Source of the DNA: Spirochaetales bacterium
GTDB lineage: Bacteria > Spirochaetota > Spirochaetia > DSM-27196 > SLST01
Direction of reading: 5' to 3'
Assembly: GCA_028284845.1 (NCBI GenBank)
Contig: JANQQY010000172.1
Span: 1 to 44,775 of the forward strand
Length of the DNA stretch: 44,775 bases
The notes under the pieces were generated by a model, which had not been told where the DNA came from, ran no database searches, and was given only the letters and a program-made list of their open reading frames with translations. Position 1 is the stretch's first letter; every line of letters starts with the position of its first letter. The translations under genes were made by a program, and so were the position numbers. Below, piece after piece: positions 43,919-44,775 of this stretch.

Positions 43919-44775
43919 ATGCCCTTCAGTGACGATCAGGTTCAACGATACAGCAGACATATTCTGCTCAAAGGTGTTGGCGGCAAGGGGCAGCGGAAGC
44001 TTCTCCAGTCCCGCGTCCTCGTTGTTGGAACGGGCGGCCTTGGTAGCCCTATTTCGCTCTATCTCGCCGCCGCAGGCGTCGGTACCATTGGTCTCGTCGA
44101 TGCGGATACCGTCGATCTCTCAAATCTCCAGCGCCAGGTGATCCACCATACGCCCGATGTTGGCAGGCCCAAGGTTGAATCGGCGGCCGCAAAGATCGCT
44201 GAGATCAACCCCGATGTGACTGTCGAGACGCACAACTACCGGATCAATGCGGAGAACGCGATTGATCTCGTCTCACGCTACGACTTCATCATCGAGGGCA
44301 CGGACAATTTCCCCACCAAGTTTTTGGTCAATGATGCCTGCATCCTGGCAGACCGCCCCTTCAACCAGGGCGGAATCCTTCGGTTTCAAGGCCAGACGAT
44401 GACTCATGTTCCCGGCAGCGCGAGCTATCGGTGCGTCTATCCGTCGCCACCGCCGGCCGGCGCGGTTCCAACCTGTAGTGAGGCCGGCGTCCTTGGCGCC
44501 GTTGCGGGAATGCTCGGAACGATGCAGGCGACTGAGGCGCTCAAGTACCTCCTTGGCATTGGAGAGCTCCTCGTCAATCGCGTGCTCTTCTTTGACGCGC
44601 TTACGATGCAGCAGCGCATCGTGGATGTGCAGCCAACCGAGTACGGGGCCGTCGCTGCGCAGAATACGAAGATCACCGAGCTGGTCGAGTACGAACAGGG
44701 TGCCTGCGACCTCGACCTTGAGCAGCAGTACGGTGCGCCCAAAGTCGCGGTCGATTCGATCTCTGTAGGCGATTC
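43919..44775 (+). CDS. ThiF/MoeB/MoeZ-family E1-like adenylyltransferase; 3' end beyond window
   Basis: Absent from the ORF track because it has no stop in the window. It reads MPFSDDQVQRYSRHILLKGVGGKGQRKLLQSRVLVVGTGGLGSPISLYLAAAGVGTIGLVDADTVDLSNLQRQ.. and ..YRCVYPSPPPAGAVPTCSEAGVLG... It is still open after 285 codons. Confidence 0.88.
   Translation, partial: MPFSDDQVQRYSRHILLKGVGGKGQRKLLQSRVLVVGTGGLGSPISLYLAAAGVGTIGLVDADTVDLSNLQRQVIHHTPDVGRPKVESAAAKIAEINPDVTVETHNYRINAENAIDLVSRYDFIIEGTDNFPTKFLVNDACILADRPFNQGGILRFQGQTMTHVPGSASYRCVYPSPPPAGAVPTCSEAGVLGAVAGMLGTMQATEALKYLLGIGELLVNRVLFFDALTMQQRIVDVQPTEYGAVAAQNTKITELVEYEQGACDLDLEQQYGAPKVAVDSISVGD

Noticed and set aside
1-44775. Scan for CRISPR arrays, tRNA/rRNA genes, integrases, transposases and toxin-antitoxin or known defence genes
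   Set aside because: I found no regularly spaced direct repeats, no cloverleaf-compatible conserved tRNA boxes in the few intergenic gaps, and no recombinase, nuclease or helicase-type ORFs. The AbrB/MazE-fold gene is followed by arsM, not by a toxin.

Overview
This is a GC-rich bacterial chromosomal window with about 44 tightly packed protein-coding genes. I found no rRNA, tRNA or CRISPR array. The high GC content produces many long spurious antisense ORFs in the six-frame track, and I rejected those.

Gene content, left to right:
- A peptide ABC importer on the minus strand (ATPase partial, one permease, binding protein).
- A Zn-dependent alcohol dehydrogenase and a MurNAc-L-Ala amidase.
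- An AlkC-like HEAT-repeat protein overlapping an SRPBCC gene.
- A four-gene archaic chaperone-usher-like fibre cluster (7.3-11.9 kb).
- A sucA-sucB-lpdA-gltA TCA block.
- A periplasmic rhodanese.
- A membrane-anchored CheA-like kinase, CheX, CheY and an EamA transporter in one operon.
- A cytoplasmic Cys-type sulfatase.
- An AbrB/SpoVT-domain gene followed by arsM.
- A sulfur-assimilation neighbourhood: OsmC plus an O-acyl-homoserine sulfhydrylase, cysM, and an Ssu/Tau-like ABC importer.
- A YdjC/ChbG deacetylase and a GH3 glycosidase.
- A TetR-controlled ABC-2 efflux set with a 68-aa membrane protein.
- Two coupled CNNM/CorC paralogs and a lipoprotein alpha/beta hydrolase.
- Three tandem AIM24/TIGR00266 paralogs.
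- A ThiS-like carrier and a ThiF/MoeB-like E1, which runs off the window.

Most noteworthy:
1. The mcuABCD/csu-like chaperone-usher cluster, with cysteine-free subunits and a two-domain terminal subunit.
2. The AIM24 triplet operon.
3. Two 155-nt MITE-like elements with perfect 23-bp terminal inverted repeats. They sit in opposite orientation and bracket the ~9.7 kb segment from 33.8 to 43.4 kb.
4. A CheW-less, MCP-less CheA-like/CheX/CheY module.
5. An AbrB-type vicinal-cysteine protein in place of ArsR upstream of arsM.
6. A ThiS-like carrier ending GGG-A.
7. Several promoters placed for leaderless translation.

All family assignments come from reading motifs in the translations. No database search was run.
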